Position numbers and translations under genes: made by a program
The notes under the pieces: model-generated
What the model was told of the DNA's origin: nothing
What the model saw: the letters and a program-made list of their open reading frames with translations, nothing else
The model's database searches: none
Assembly: GCA_021432655.1 (NCBI GenBank)
Contig: MU271184.1
Coordinates: 124,001 to 188,000 of the forward strand
Length of the DNA stretch: 64,000 nucleotides
DNA from: Atractiella rhizophila
Taxonomy: Eukaryota
Direction: 5' to 3'
In this document: positions 36,051 to 48,399 of the stretch, in pieces
Layout of the letters: the number at the start of each line of letters is the position of its first letter
Position numbering within the stretch: position 1 is the stretch's first letter

Positions 36051-39000
36051 AATTCTCTGCCTCATGAAACATCTTCGACTCACACGTTACAAGGCTCTTT
36101 CCGGCTCGCCAGCGGTCTGCAGTTTGCCTGTGTGATTATCATTTCTCCTTCCTCTTTATGCAGCTGCAGATCTAACATTACTTTCAGTACACATTGGTCA
36201 ATATACTGCTATAAGCGCAAGTTGATGTGCCAAATCAAGATGCGCAAAGGTCCGCTTCGTGCTTTCTTCCTGTCCCAGTTCACTAGCTGACATTCTTGCA
36301 GGTTTGGAGCATGTCATATACACCCATTTCGATACTGGTCCGGTCCATAAAGCCCTGGTGTCAGTTTCTGTGCACATCCAGTTTTCCTACGACCGCTTCT
36401 CGAACCATGGATCAGGGCTTGGGGCAATTGAATGGCTGGAATAGCAAGGTATAGCGCATCATTAAATAGTCAAGTGTGATTGTGATTTGTGCGCATAGGG
36501 CATTGCAAAAGCGGTCACGAAAGGAGAGTCACTACGTTTTGGTGCTTTGTGCTGCCTTTATCCATTGATATGATTCCTGAAAGGGGTCAAGCAGAACACA
36601 GCCAAGACGATCGTAGGCACTTGTTCGATTTTTTGAAGGAGGAGACAACTGCCATTGAGGACCGCATTGTGGTATTTCATGTTCGGTGCGCTGACTTTTT
36701 CTTCCTCTTCTTCTTCTATTATTTTACATGTTCCATTGAACTCATTCTTTATTATACAGAAATCATGAATAATATTTTAAGTGTATTGTCCTCCTATATT
36801 GAAGGAAGGATCTGGATGCCTTCTTTGTGAGCAGGTTCACTGCTTTCATTCGGACTGAGACACGTACATTCCGATACATTTCATCACTGTATCGCCCCCT
36901 CTCTTCCTCAGCGAAACGGAACATGAAGCTGATCGCTTTTACGAATGACAAAGTGCAAGCCAAATCATCGTCTTCCTCGGATGTCTTCTATGCCCTCGCT
37001 TTTTCCCCTTGATGTTTGTCATGCCCGTCTCTCCCTCGTTTGTCTCACTCTCTTTTCCATCTCCCCTAATTTCTCTCCCTTCAAACACACATCGATTTGA
37101 TCCGTTTGATGTGATGTAGTTTGGTGTACAGGGCACGAAGTTCTTGATCTACGAAGAGAAGATTGTGGTGATTGAGAGACTGAGCGTGAAGAACACAAAG
37201 ACACGGCCTAAGGAATAGAAATGGACACAGTTCTGGGAGGTTAGTCTAACTTTCCCCCCGCTTCCTTGGAGGAAGGAACGAAAAAAGGGATGCTGATTTA
37301 TCGCTGTAGGTGTTTAAGGCTTGGCTTTGGTTCTCTCGAATCTTCTGCTGCACTTTATTACTTCCTTAATCCCATCTCAAAAGGTGAGCTGTCTTTCTTC
37401 CATTTCTCCATCAAGGCATCAGGGAAGCTGACTAAACACATTAAAGTAGCACCATCTTTGGACCTCTTATCCTCAAAGGATACAGTATGTGTATGCTACT
37501 TCTCTTTACACTTGAACTTGCTGACTGTATTCTTGTTTCGTTGAAATAGCTGTTCAAGATCATTCTGCGCAACATGATCCACCGCACCATCCAGATATGC
37601 CCCTCCATCATCATCGCCTTCTTCATCCAATACACCATGAAAACCAGCCAATGACATCATTGTATCGAATCATCAATCAGGAAGTTCGAGTAGAGGACAA
37701 ACAGTCAGGCGTGTCTAGCACCCATAGATATTTGTCGCGTTGACAAAGATACTGTGACCTGTTCCTAACTTCATCCTCTCTCTAGTGTCCATTTGTCTTC
37801 AATCACAACCGAGCCTTTGAGCACGAGGAGGACGAGCAGACCGGTGAACTGGAACAGCTCAAGATTCACATCCTGAGAGGGTCATATGCAGAAGAATGAA
37901 TTAAGGTATCGGAGATGAGTAGATAGTCGTGAATGTGGTCCGGTGGGAAGAGCGCCTTAGATGGAGAAAAGTGGCTGGGACATGGCGATAAGAGAGCTGG
38001 AAAGGACGTGTACCTTTCTTCCATCGAAAAGTCGCACTTCAACACATCCCACATCGCAGGTCCGTCCTATTCACCCTCTGCCCTTCCCCTTAGATGGCGC
38101 AGGAGCTCTTTACGCTTTACCTCGAGGAACCGAACATAGAACTCGTTTGTCCCTTCCTCTCCTCACCACACGGTAAACCGGATGACTGAACCTCCTTTTG
38201 TCCCGTTGGGCGAACAGGTTGCAAGCTGCTTGTCGTCATCTCTCTTTTAATATGTCTGATCAAGCAGTAACATGTCTGGGCACACCAAGAAGTTCACAAC
38301 CACCGGTATCATCTTACAGTGGCCAAAAGTGGGCAACGTTGGTGGTTTCCTTGCCACCGCTTACATTGCACCTCCATGACGTCCGCTGCTCTCAGCCAGA
38401 CGTGTTGTATTATCTGGGCTCTCCGAACCCACAAGCGTGGACTTTCTCTTCCAGTATACCACCCCACACCAGCACCTGCCTCTACGCTCTCTTCCCCATT
38501 CATCCTTTAATCGCCTTCGGTGGTTAAGCAATGAGATCAGGAGCACAGTCGGGAAAGCAGGAAGAGGTCAAGAGAAGAGGAAGACGTGGGATTGGATTAT
38601 GAGAAGAGTTGAGCTAGATTGAGGATTGGGATGGAGGCTATCAGATGCACCTCTACACAAAATGGAATCATTCCACCACTATATGTGAAAGGCACAAAGC
38701 GGAGGCTGAAAGTGAAACTTAAACATTAAGCTACAGTAGCTGAATAAGATGCTTTCACTGGCTTCTTTGTCTAGACACATTTGTTCGGGATTACTACTAG
38801 GACTGAGATTTGTATGACCCTCAAATAGGTATGGTGGTAAGTATCTCTACGTGACGCAAATGAATAACAGCATTCATGGCATTCAAGAGCAACAAACTGG
38901 CACACACACAATCAATACATCGAACTAAAGTGTTCAATGAGAATAAGCCAAAGAGGCGAAGCATGTCATGGAAGCTTATTTTTATGTGCCTTTAAGCACA

Positions 39001-40391
39001 TCGACGATGACAAACTCCCCTTCTGCATCTGATAAAAATTCTGAGACAGTAAAAGAGTTAGATGAGAATGTACAAACCAGAAAGGCCACGACCCATTGCG
39101 GTAAACAGACCCAAACAGGCATTGAGTTTTTTCTTCATGATGTACCTTGTCTTTTTCTGATTGACTTGGGATAGCTCCGCTTTCACATCTACTAACTTCC
39201 TTTCCATGTCAGATAGACGTTGCCGCAACTCTGCAAGCTCTTCATTTCTCCTCCAAAAGGGACGTAAACTTTCCCATTCTAAACTCGATATGCTCTGTGA
39301 GACAGTCATTAGAGGTTTATCCAAACAGGAATTTGTAGCTGACAACACACTGAACACATTTTCATTTCCCTTCTGACTGAAACTATTAGACTGCATGCTT
39401 TCGAATTGCTGGCTCACTGTGAAATAGTAAGTTGATAGCAGGGATTGGACCATTCATGACAAACCATCCCCACCTGCCAGGGCATCTGCAAGTCTTTCGT
39501 CAAGGCAGATAAAATATTCTGCCATACGTTTATTAAAGGAAAACAGACGAAAAGGAACTTACTTACCAAGTACTTCTCCTTCCAGTGTCCCATAGAAAAC
39601 TCTCATCCAAGGCTCTTCCGGTGAGAGCTGAGTGACTGAAGCATTGACCAGAGCAAGATCAGTCAAGCTTTCAGTATGTTCTGGCCATTCATCTCTGAAA
39701 CGCTTGAAAGGGCCAGAGCAAAGGGATGAGCATGAACCTGGGATCAGGCGTTAATGTGGTGTATTTTGAAAGTTCTTACATACTCAGTGAAGATCTATGT
39801 CTTTTCAGGCAGAGTTTTGGAGGCAGTGTTGTATATGAGTCGTAATGTGCTGTTGTTATCAATGCATTATTTATTGCATACATGTGATACTTACATTGGT
39901 TTGTTTCTCCAGTCATGGCCTACGGTACGGGATAACGATTGACTGAACACCAGCTGTGGTGGATGAAACAAAGTGTGTAGGATGAAGGCTCTTTTATCCA
40001 AATTGTTTCGGAACCCAATTCACGGGGTGCCAAACAACGAACGCGACGTGTCACAACTCACGTGACACTTATCTGCCTGCTCTTTCATATTGTCACCTCT
40101 CTTTCGGTTGCAAGTGACTCTTCTGTCAGCCAAGAACCTCGCCAGCATTACTTGCACTTCATACTCCGTTCTGGTTCATTGTGTAGGCCAATACCTGTTT
40201 GAAAACGTGACTGAACGCGTTCCTTTATTACCGAACTTAAAATATGTCGCGTCTACACATCACCTATCACCGATACTTGAAGTATTCCGATTGGTCGATA
40301 AATATTAAGACCGAGAAATGACTGGTCCAGCCTCTGGTTGCAAGTCATATAAAAGCGTGACATTGCTTCCCTCATGAAGGACTTTCGTACC

Positions 40392-43300
40392 ATGTCAAGT
40401 CCAACTAAGCGCATAATTGTTAAGAGGAAAGGTGTCACTGGTGTCGCCTGGTGCACCGCGAGTCTTCAGCGGTTCAATCAAGGCATAACATGTTCCACTC
40501 GCCTGCGATTGTCACTAACACTATGCAGAGGACAGGAGCCAAAATGAGCAGCCTGATCCTACTCCAGCAGCTCAAGTGATTCCTTCCATACGCACAGGAG
40601 GAGAGTAAGAGGTATGTACATACCCATACATTCCATTGCCTTCTCAAATTTTTATAGAGGGATCACTTGAGAGCAATATTTCCCGTCCCAATATCAAAAA
40701 GATCAAAGTTGCTCCGACTGAATGCGATACCCCTGTTCGAAAGCGACTGCCTTCCAAAGCAGTGATTCATACTTCAGAACCAATCCGTACCCTGGAGAAT
40801 GCACGATTTGACTTTGGAAGCATAATAGGTGAGATTGTGATTTGTGCAACTTAGTACCTAACTACAAATAGCCCCTGAACATGACTGGACTCATAAGTTA
40901 TCCTGTTATTTCCTGAAAGGTAATGTCACTGATGAGATTAAATGTCGCTTAGATCCCTCAGTTCGAACAGAGGGAGATATGCTGCAGCCTACTTTGCCTT
41001 CTCTGATTAGCCCGGTATCACCAAAACGAGCATCTAAACGTGGCGAGTTTCTCATCATTGTTGTTTGATGGCCTTCTAAGTATCCTTTTTCCGTCTAGCT
41101 CTGTCAGTAAACAGCATTTCTAGTACCACTTCTCGACGATCTCTCCGAATAAAAATCCTAAAGGAGCGTGAAGGAGACGTTGGTGTTTCAATGGACATGG
41201 AAGATGTTTTAGGTTCACAGTTATGGTCTCTCTTTCTATGGTTGTAAATTAACCATATGACAGATACAAATGCGATGCCAATTGAAGGTGAGTCTCCAGT
41301 TAGCACGATTCGGTTCTGTTGTAGTTGAGCGTATGCAAGAAACTAAATCTCGCAGCGGTTCTCCATCATCAAAAGGGTCGGTTAGTCGAAGAAGAAAAGT
41401 GCAAGAAAATAGAGTAGACCAAAACAATGTCAGAAGACCTGTTCACTCTCCAGGTATGCACCAATCCTATGTTCATAGCTCTAGGCAACTTGTGTTACTA
41501 ATAAACTTGTGAAGGTTTCATTCAAAGCGGACTGGCCGAAGTCAAAGCATCAATGATGCCATTGCGGTTGCTTCACAGTAGTGGTACGCAGGTCCTATAT
41601 TTGTGTTCTTAGCAATTCATGTATGGCAGATGAAGCCCAGCCAATGGAACAAGAAGGCAATGAAGCGGCTCCTGTAACGATAGAAGGAGAGCTGAGGGCT
41701 GTTTCAGCAGTCTCTTTCGACTTCGATGCGGTCACAGATTCGGACGCCAATCATGACACAGTTCCTGCAGAAGACAGTGGTGGAGCAAGCAAAAGGAATC
41801 CCAATGTTTCATCAACAGGTTTGTCCATCACGCACATGACTAGAACCCAACTCCAATTATTCACTTCATCAGGTTCTGCTAACACAACTACGACAATCGA
41901 CTTGTTGATCGAAAGGCTCAACAACATGGAGCTCCAGCATGCTGTCCAACTGCAACAGCTTCAACAAGAGCAAATCAAGGCCTTGAAGGAGACACATGAG
42001 GAAAACAATCTTCTTAAAGCTAGAATTCGCCAGCTAGAAGCAATTCCCGAGGATGTGTCTATGGAGGAGGATAACAGTAGGTTGTTGATAAATATTCAAC
42101 ATACACTTACACCGCTCTAGTTCCGGCTCCTCAGACTCCAACAGTTCTGCACTCTGCAACTTCTATTTCCATTATCCCTGTTGCCGAAAGACGACGAGTA
42201 TTTCAGCCAGAGATGGTCCTTAATCCACCACCGTCACCTCCCTTTGTTCCGCAATCAGAAGCATTGCCGTTTCCCAAAGCTGCGCGAGGACCTTCTACTC
42301 ATGAAGGTTCTCCAATCAGAGCAAGTCGAAGCCCTCCAACTCGAAAAAAGTCTGTTGGCTGTTCACCGCCAAAACAATCTCCAAATCGGAGTGCTCGTCG
42401 TGAGCGAATTGATGAGAGGACGGGGTCTTCTCACTCTAACGACGAAAATGATCGATTATCACCGAGTCCTGGGGCCTCAAAGCGACGGAAGGTCCGGATG
42501 CCGTTAAGAGAGAAGCTCCTGTACAAGCATCCACTTGCGGAATACAACAACGGGAAGACGCCTCGTGCAGCTCTGAACACAAAGGTTAGCATTCCCTGAT
42601 TTTTAGGAAGGTTTGCTGAGTTACAGTCTTCTAGACCGCTTTTTATCACCATATGCGCCTTTGTGCCGGAATCTTGCTTACGACTGACGTTCTTACCCTG
42701 CCAAATCCACAATGCTGGACTGCTTATACTGAAAATTTCAGAGCGGATGGTAGCTACCTCAAAGTTGGGAGAGATATCGATCGAGCGCCATTCCTCGTCC
42801 CTGCCAACAAGGTTCTCGCCTACGATCGTGGTAAACTGCAAGCTCGCGGTGTTCCGTCGACTTTTAGGAAAATTGACGATCAAGCATTTGACTACATGCA
42901 GCACATGTTGCAGCGTTTTGGTGTCGAGGAGCTTTTCCCTAACGTCGAGGAATCAAGATTCTCGCCGTTCAACAACTTTGTCCGCTATGTTATTTGTTTC
43001 ACGTTCACTTGGCTATGCGACATTAAAGCCTACGCTTTTTGGTCTCCTCTGGAGAGATTTTACAACGATCCTCAATTCCTCGTTGCTCTCTTCGACCAAT
43101 TCTTTTTCATCTATCAGAGACAGAACTTTATCGCATACCGCAATAATCCTGAAGGCTTTTTGGAACGCCTTGGACGTGCAGCGGTACTTAAACGGAGGCA
43201 AAGGGTATGTTGTAAATCCTTTGGCCTCTTTCTCACAGTGTTTATGTCTAGACTGCCGCAAGGAGAATCGAGTACCTTGATGGCCTTTCGAGCGGCAAGA

Positions 43301-43986
43301 TCGCCAGGAACAAACGGGAAGGCATCACTCGAGTCATTGGTATGACGGACGCAACCTCAGATGACGAAAAGCAGCTTGACGGTCGGCTTGTTCGGAAGCT
43401 TCTACGTTGGCGAGGTGAACCATTTGAAAGATTCGTGCGACTTGTATCACAAAAGAGGATTGAAATGGAGCAGCAGCTTGGGGCAAAAACTCGTGATACT
43501 CCTCGTCATGATCCCACTGATTCGACTCCACGGCTTTACTCTGACTTACGAAAGCTTCCTCGATGCGTCCCTGTTTACATTTTTGATCCTCAGTACTACA
43601 ATGCCTTGCAGCTCCCCATGCGTAGGAAACTCAAATGTTACTTCGATGATACTTTTCATTTCGCGACTCGTGACATTATGGACCAGGAGGAATTCAACTA
43701 CTTTCAGGCGGTGGACCTAAAGATTGCGTCGGGAGAACTGGACAAGCTGTACCAGTTACCTGATGACGATGAGGACCAAACTCTTGGTTCCGACTCAGAG
43801 GTGGATAAGGAGGAGGACGACATGGATGTTGATGATCATTTTGAGACCTGGAGTGGAGACTCCGAAGAGGAGGAAGAGGAGGCGGATGACTGGAGGGAAA
43901 GGAGGAACCGCTTTGTACGCGAATTCAACCCTGCGATGGAGAGGGGTCAAGGTGAAGAAATGGATGTAACATCTGGAGATGAATGA
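40392..43986 (+). CDS. Multi-exon hypothetical protein of a fungal transposon-associated family (S/P-rich N-terminus, SDDE...WR...LP..FDP C-terminus)
   Basis: Exon ORFs 41630-42075, 42213-42585, 42635-43204, ~43250-43986 with GT-AG introns. Motifs LQRFGV..FPNV, TDATSDDE..LRWRG..F, LPRCVPVYIFDPQYYNAL, acidic tail. 5' end uncertain. Confidence 0.6.
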
Positions 43987-45622
43987 ACATCACATAGGTA
44001 GCTAATCCAAACATTTTGACACTGAATGTGGGATGACTTGCCGCAAGGTTAAGCCATAACTTGAGCGTATGATTCACGATGAGGCTCTCAGCCCCGACAT
44101 CTTCAGTGCTCATGTCAACATGAGCAGTAGGACCTTGCTGAAGAAGTTGTCAGTAGGAGACATAGTCAGAAGCAGGGAAGACGTACAAGGCTCGCTGGAC
44201 AATTCCATGATGACTTGTCTCTCCCTTCATTAATTTCATCCCCTTGCCACCATTGTCACGCAGGCTTCCTTCCCCATGTATCTATCTCAGGCACTATAGA
44301 GGCGTTTCTTTCGGAACTCTTCACCTCAACTTTCGGCTTGCCCTCTTTTCTTCTTTCCGACTGCGTAAGCAGATTGAGAGACGAGGAGGCATGATGAGGA
44401 ATGCCGATCGCAGCGCGAGTAGGCACATAGGAGAGGCGAGGCAGTGAAAGCAAAAGAGCTATTGACGAGCAGTGAATATGGGAAGAAGGGTCGGTGGCTT
44501 TATCGCTCCTGACTGAGAGGTTGACTCTTGCTTGAACTTGAATGAATTTGGAGAGGAGGGAATCCAGAAAGTGCACAGGCCTCGGTTCAGTGAGTGCGGA
44601 GGGGTGAGGGTAGATGTAGCGAATTATGTGAGTAGGTCTGGTACATTCCATGAGTTCCATCATAACAGAGGAAAGATAGACAGAACATTGCCTCTTCATG
44701 AAGAACATCACATCACCCAGCACCCACGCCGTCTGCCCCTCCTCAAGTTGACATCAACAAACACCATTACACCCATTGCCGAACGGAAAAGGGAGGAGGT
44801 GAGAGAGCCGTACTGTCAGGACCTGAGCACTCGCAAATTTCCATCTCCAATAATTAACCAGGGCAGGGTAAGTGTCGTCGAGAACGACAGAGATTGATCA
44901 CGATATTCTGCAGGATATCGGGGTGCTCGCTTTAGTTTGAGCACAAGCTGCGCTGTGGGAAACCTGAAGAAAGGTGAAGGTGAAGGGGCTACCCTGACAT
45001 TCTGTGAGACAAATCTGTGGCCAACACGGCGGTGACAGACCTAGTACGTTAACATCCGTGCTCAAGAATACTTCAGGCTAACCTGAGACTATCCACGTCT
45101 TTTGTCTTTATCAATTTACAGCCATAGGTGGAATCGAGATGGATTTTTCGGTTCCGCCAACTCGGGGACAGCTACGGCCAGCACTCGGGGACAGCCTGTC
45201 CCCGAACCGAAATTTTCGGTCGGAGACTGCCCGTTTCCCCCCGTGTTTGTTCCAGTTCTAAAGATACAGCTTAGACACTGTGGGACCAGCGCTGTGTAGA
45301 TCGTTCTCATCGCGAGCATGTACACCTTTCTCCTTTGAACTGAGCAGCTTGTACTCAGCTTGAATGCAATGAGAGGGAGTGGGAGATCCGGATTATCCGT
45401 TTGCCATTGCCTCTCTCCATGGCGTATAAAAGCTGTCCTATTGCAACATGCAACAATCAGTCATGATCCTCTACAAAAGAACCACATACTGGCCCTTGTT
45501 ACGGCTGTCTTGTGATGTTGTGGGCATCATCTACCAAACACATCAGAATAGCGATGGTAAGAAGTGCCAACAACAGACCGGAGGGTGAGTAAGCGACTTG
45601 CCATTCGTTGCATTCCCTGTTG

Positions 45623-45733
45623 TGATGAATTTACAAGTTCATGGTATTACGATAAAGAACCTAGTGCTTTTATACCTTTACAGTAGGTGGCAAACATTGG
45701 TAAGCATGGAAGTCCAGAAGGCTCAAGAAAAAC
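45623..45733 (-). repeat. Dispersed repeat, inverted copy of 33241-33351
   Basis: Reverse-complement alignment by eye. Confidence 0.85.
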
Positions 45734-46649
45734 AGCCACAGAACAGGTGGCAATGAATGACGCTCAACGCGTCAAAATCCTGACATGTTGTACTCTTGGA
45801 GATACTCTTGGGAATGGGAATTTGAAGAGGGATCATTGAGAGCGGAGCTGCAAGCGGAAAGCTAGCAGGGGAGGTAAAAGCTATTTGATACACTCAATAT
45901 TACGTCCATTTGCAGCGGTCACTTGTCATTTGCTCAGGCTTGTTCCTCATTTCCAACTGACCTACACCCGACCTTTCAGCTAGATTGGACGAAAATGGAA
46001 TGAGAAGTGATACGAAGTATACTGCCTGCGTTATAGTCTTTGTTACTTCGATGCGGCTTGAGGGAGCTAGAGAGGGCATCGTGGGCGGCGATGGAGAACG
46101 CTTTCCCTTTGTAGGACCTTAGACAAAACACCGTTTATTGAATGAAATCACTCACTAGGGAGGTCCCTTCCGACATTTCGGAGCAATCTATAAGACCAGG
46201 TATGACCAGTGTTGGCCGTTGTGGAAGCGGAGATGGTGGTGTGGGCAGATCAGCCACATCCAGAGCATGGGGTATCAAAAGTACCGAAGGGATATTGCAT
46301 GTCTGTAACAGGAGCAATCCTTAGTGCCCATTGGAAAGATTGATCAAATGGTGACAAACCAGATAATCGGTTTGAGGTACAGTGGTTCCGGAGACTATCT
46401 TTCGTGTCTCTCCATTTGGCGCCGGGTTATTAGTTTTCTTTGGCTGGTAACAGTTAGTGAACTCTTGTTTGATGTCAGAAAGCACTTATACCAAGGTGGA
46501 CCAATCTTCAACAATCTCTGTGGAATCAGCACTATTCCTCCTAATAGCATCCCAATGCAAATCCTCCTCCATCGTTATAGGCTGAGTTTCGGCATTCTCT
46601 GGCATGGATCGAACATCTTCAATGGATGAAGATGTCGTAGAGCTGTCAG

Positions 46650-47420
46650 GCCAATTAGTGTGCGACGGAACAGAAGACAAGACAAGATAACATACGTGAC
46701 TCGTGCACATTTGGGCTTCCGCCTACAGACAAAGAAATACAGATTCCCTTTCCATACTAAATGGTACGGAAGGACGAACCTTGGCATATCCATATCCACA
46801 TGAGAAAGGGTTGACAACTGAGTTGCAGGTTGAGGAGTTTCTGGCACAGAAAATGCATCCACTGCCTCTGCTTTCGTTCTTGTAAACTTTCGCTCTAACC
46901 CATCCTCCTCTCGCCAAAGCTTATGAACTTCGTTCAGCTGTTCCTGCAAGAAAAATTGAGCTTTGAAGTGATCTGCACAAGAGCTTGAGCTCAGGATGAA
47001 GTGATTCCATCACACCGATCATCGCTTCTTTTCCGGTTTGATGGACATTTTTCCACACTGACCGGCGATAGCTTGTTTGAGACAGAAAATCAGTACGGAT
47101 CATACGTGCACTCGTCCGAATGAATGATTCAGTGGAGACGTGAACTCCTTCCTCATTGACAAGCCAGGTCAGCTTCTCGGGCTGCTTGTTTCCTGATTCT
47201 ACATGAGTCTTCTTCCAATGATTCCAAACTGTCTCCATCCAAAAATGCTTGGGAATTGTGCTGCGACATGTAGGAGAAATCGACTTGTATTCTTACTTCC
47301 GTGGTTGCCATCTGGCAGGGATATCAATGTTTCCAGTGCCCTGTAGAACTGCTTGACGTGCGCGGAGAGTGCTGGAGGGAAGAGACGGGGTGGATGAATT
47401 TGTTGTAACAATAGGGGAGC
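46650..47420 (-). pseudogene. CACTA accessory gene remnant
   Basis: TWLVNEEGVHVSTE..ARMI..VWK..IGVMESLHPELKLLC is homologous to EWLKTKSGAQVTAE..AREI..TWS..IAVLECKFPELTQC at 19600-19850. Confidence 0.6.
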
Positions 47421-48399
47421 GGAGTGACAGAGCAGTTGTAGTATTTTCCCTGAAACTCATATACAGATCGGCCCCTTAAAAATTGAAATACTCACAAGCT
47501 CTCTACTTTTCCTTCTAAGAACTTGATCCTTAGTAAAAGTCGCATCACGGTAGTATTACTGTCGTTTTCTCTGCTGCTTTGTTAACCTCAAACAAATATA
47601 TTACGTTTGGCTGAGCTCTTGCAAACGCATGTGCAGCAGAAACACAAGAACAGGTGTTTATATACATGAGAGTAATAGAAAGTTCCAGAATGTTCATGAA
47701 CAAAGTATTACTCACATTTCACACATCTCCAACAATTACCCGCTTCAAAAAGTGTCGCCTGGTTAGTTTTTCGAATTGCAGCCATCTCGGTAAGGGAAAA
47801 GGTCTGTAGTGATGCTGTCTCGGCCTCAAGATTGCTAAAATAATGCCCTGAAAGAAAATTGATCAGAAAGAATTGGAGTTGTCCAGAGAACTGACCTTGC
47901 TCCATTTCAACATTGGAATGGTCATTAACATGGTCAAAGCGATCCTGACCCCTAGGAAAGAAAACCGCTCATAGGATCGAAGGGAGGCTGAGATGTATTC
48001 GTTTTGAAAGAAGTTGGGAAGCAAAATTTGTCGAAGTAATAGCTTCACATAAGCGAACTACATGATAACAACACGTGTTAGTGTATGATAAATGATGAAA
48101 TAAGAGAGAATGAGCATAACAGGGAGTGAGGAAGCCTACTATTGTGATTGAAAGACGTTTTGTGGAGGAGTCTGGACACAGATCAAGCGCTTGACAGCAT
48201 TTAAGCATGAGAGGGTTCGAAAGGATTTGGAACAAGCTGGAGAAGATGGTGTAGACTGGCCAAGTGGATCGAATAATCATAAAACAGGAGGGATGGATGA
48301 GTTGAAACTAGTTTGTCATCTACCCATCGATGTGGATCAGAACTGATATTCCTTTCATAGCCAGCAGAGTTTGAGAGACAAGATGAGATACCTGAATCT

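Noticed and set aside
39721..39733. AGGGATGAGCAT matching the hAT-like TIR at 22013-22024
   Set aside because: Wrong orientation to pair with it and no subterminal motifs, so likely chance
44650..44800. Pepsin-like WVLGDVMF..NVLSIF motif on the minus strand
   Set aside because: A single short motif across a frameshift, with no DTG catalytic motif found
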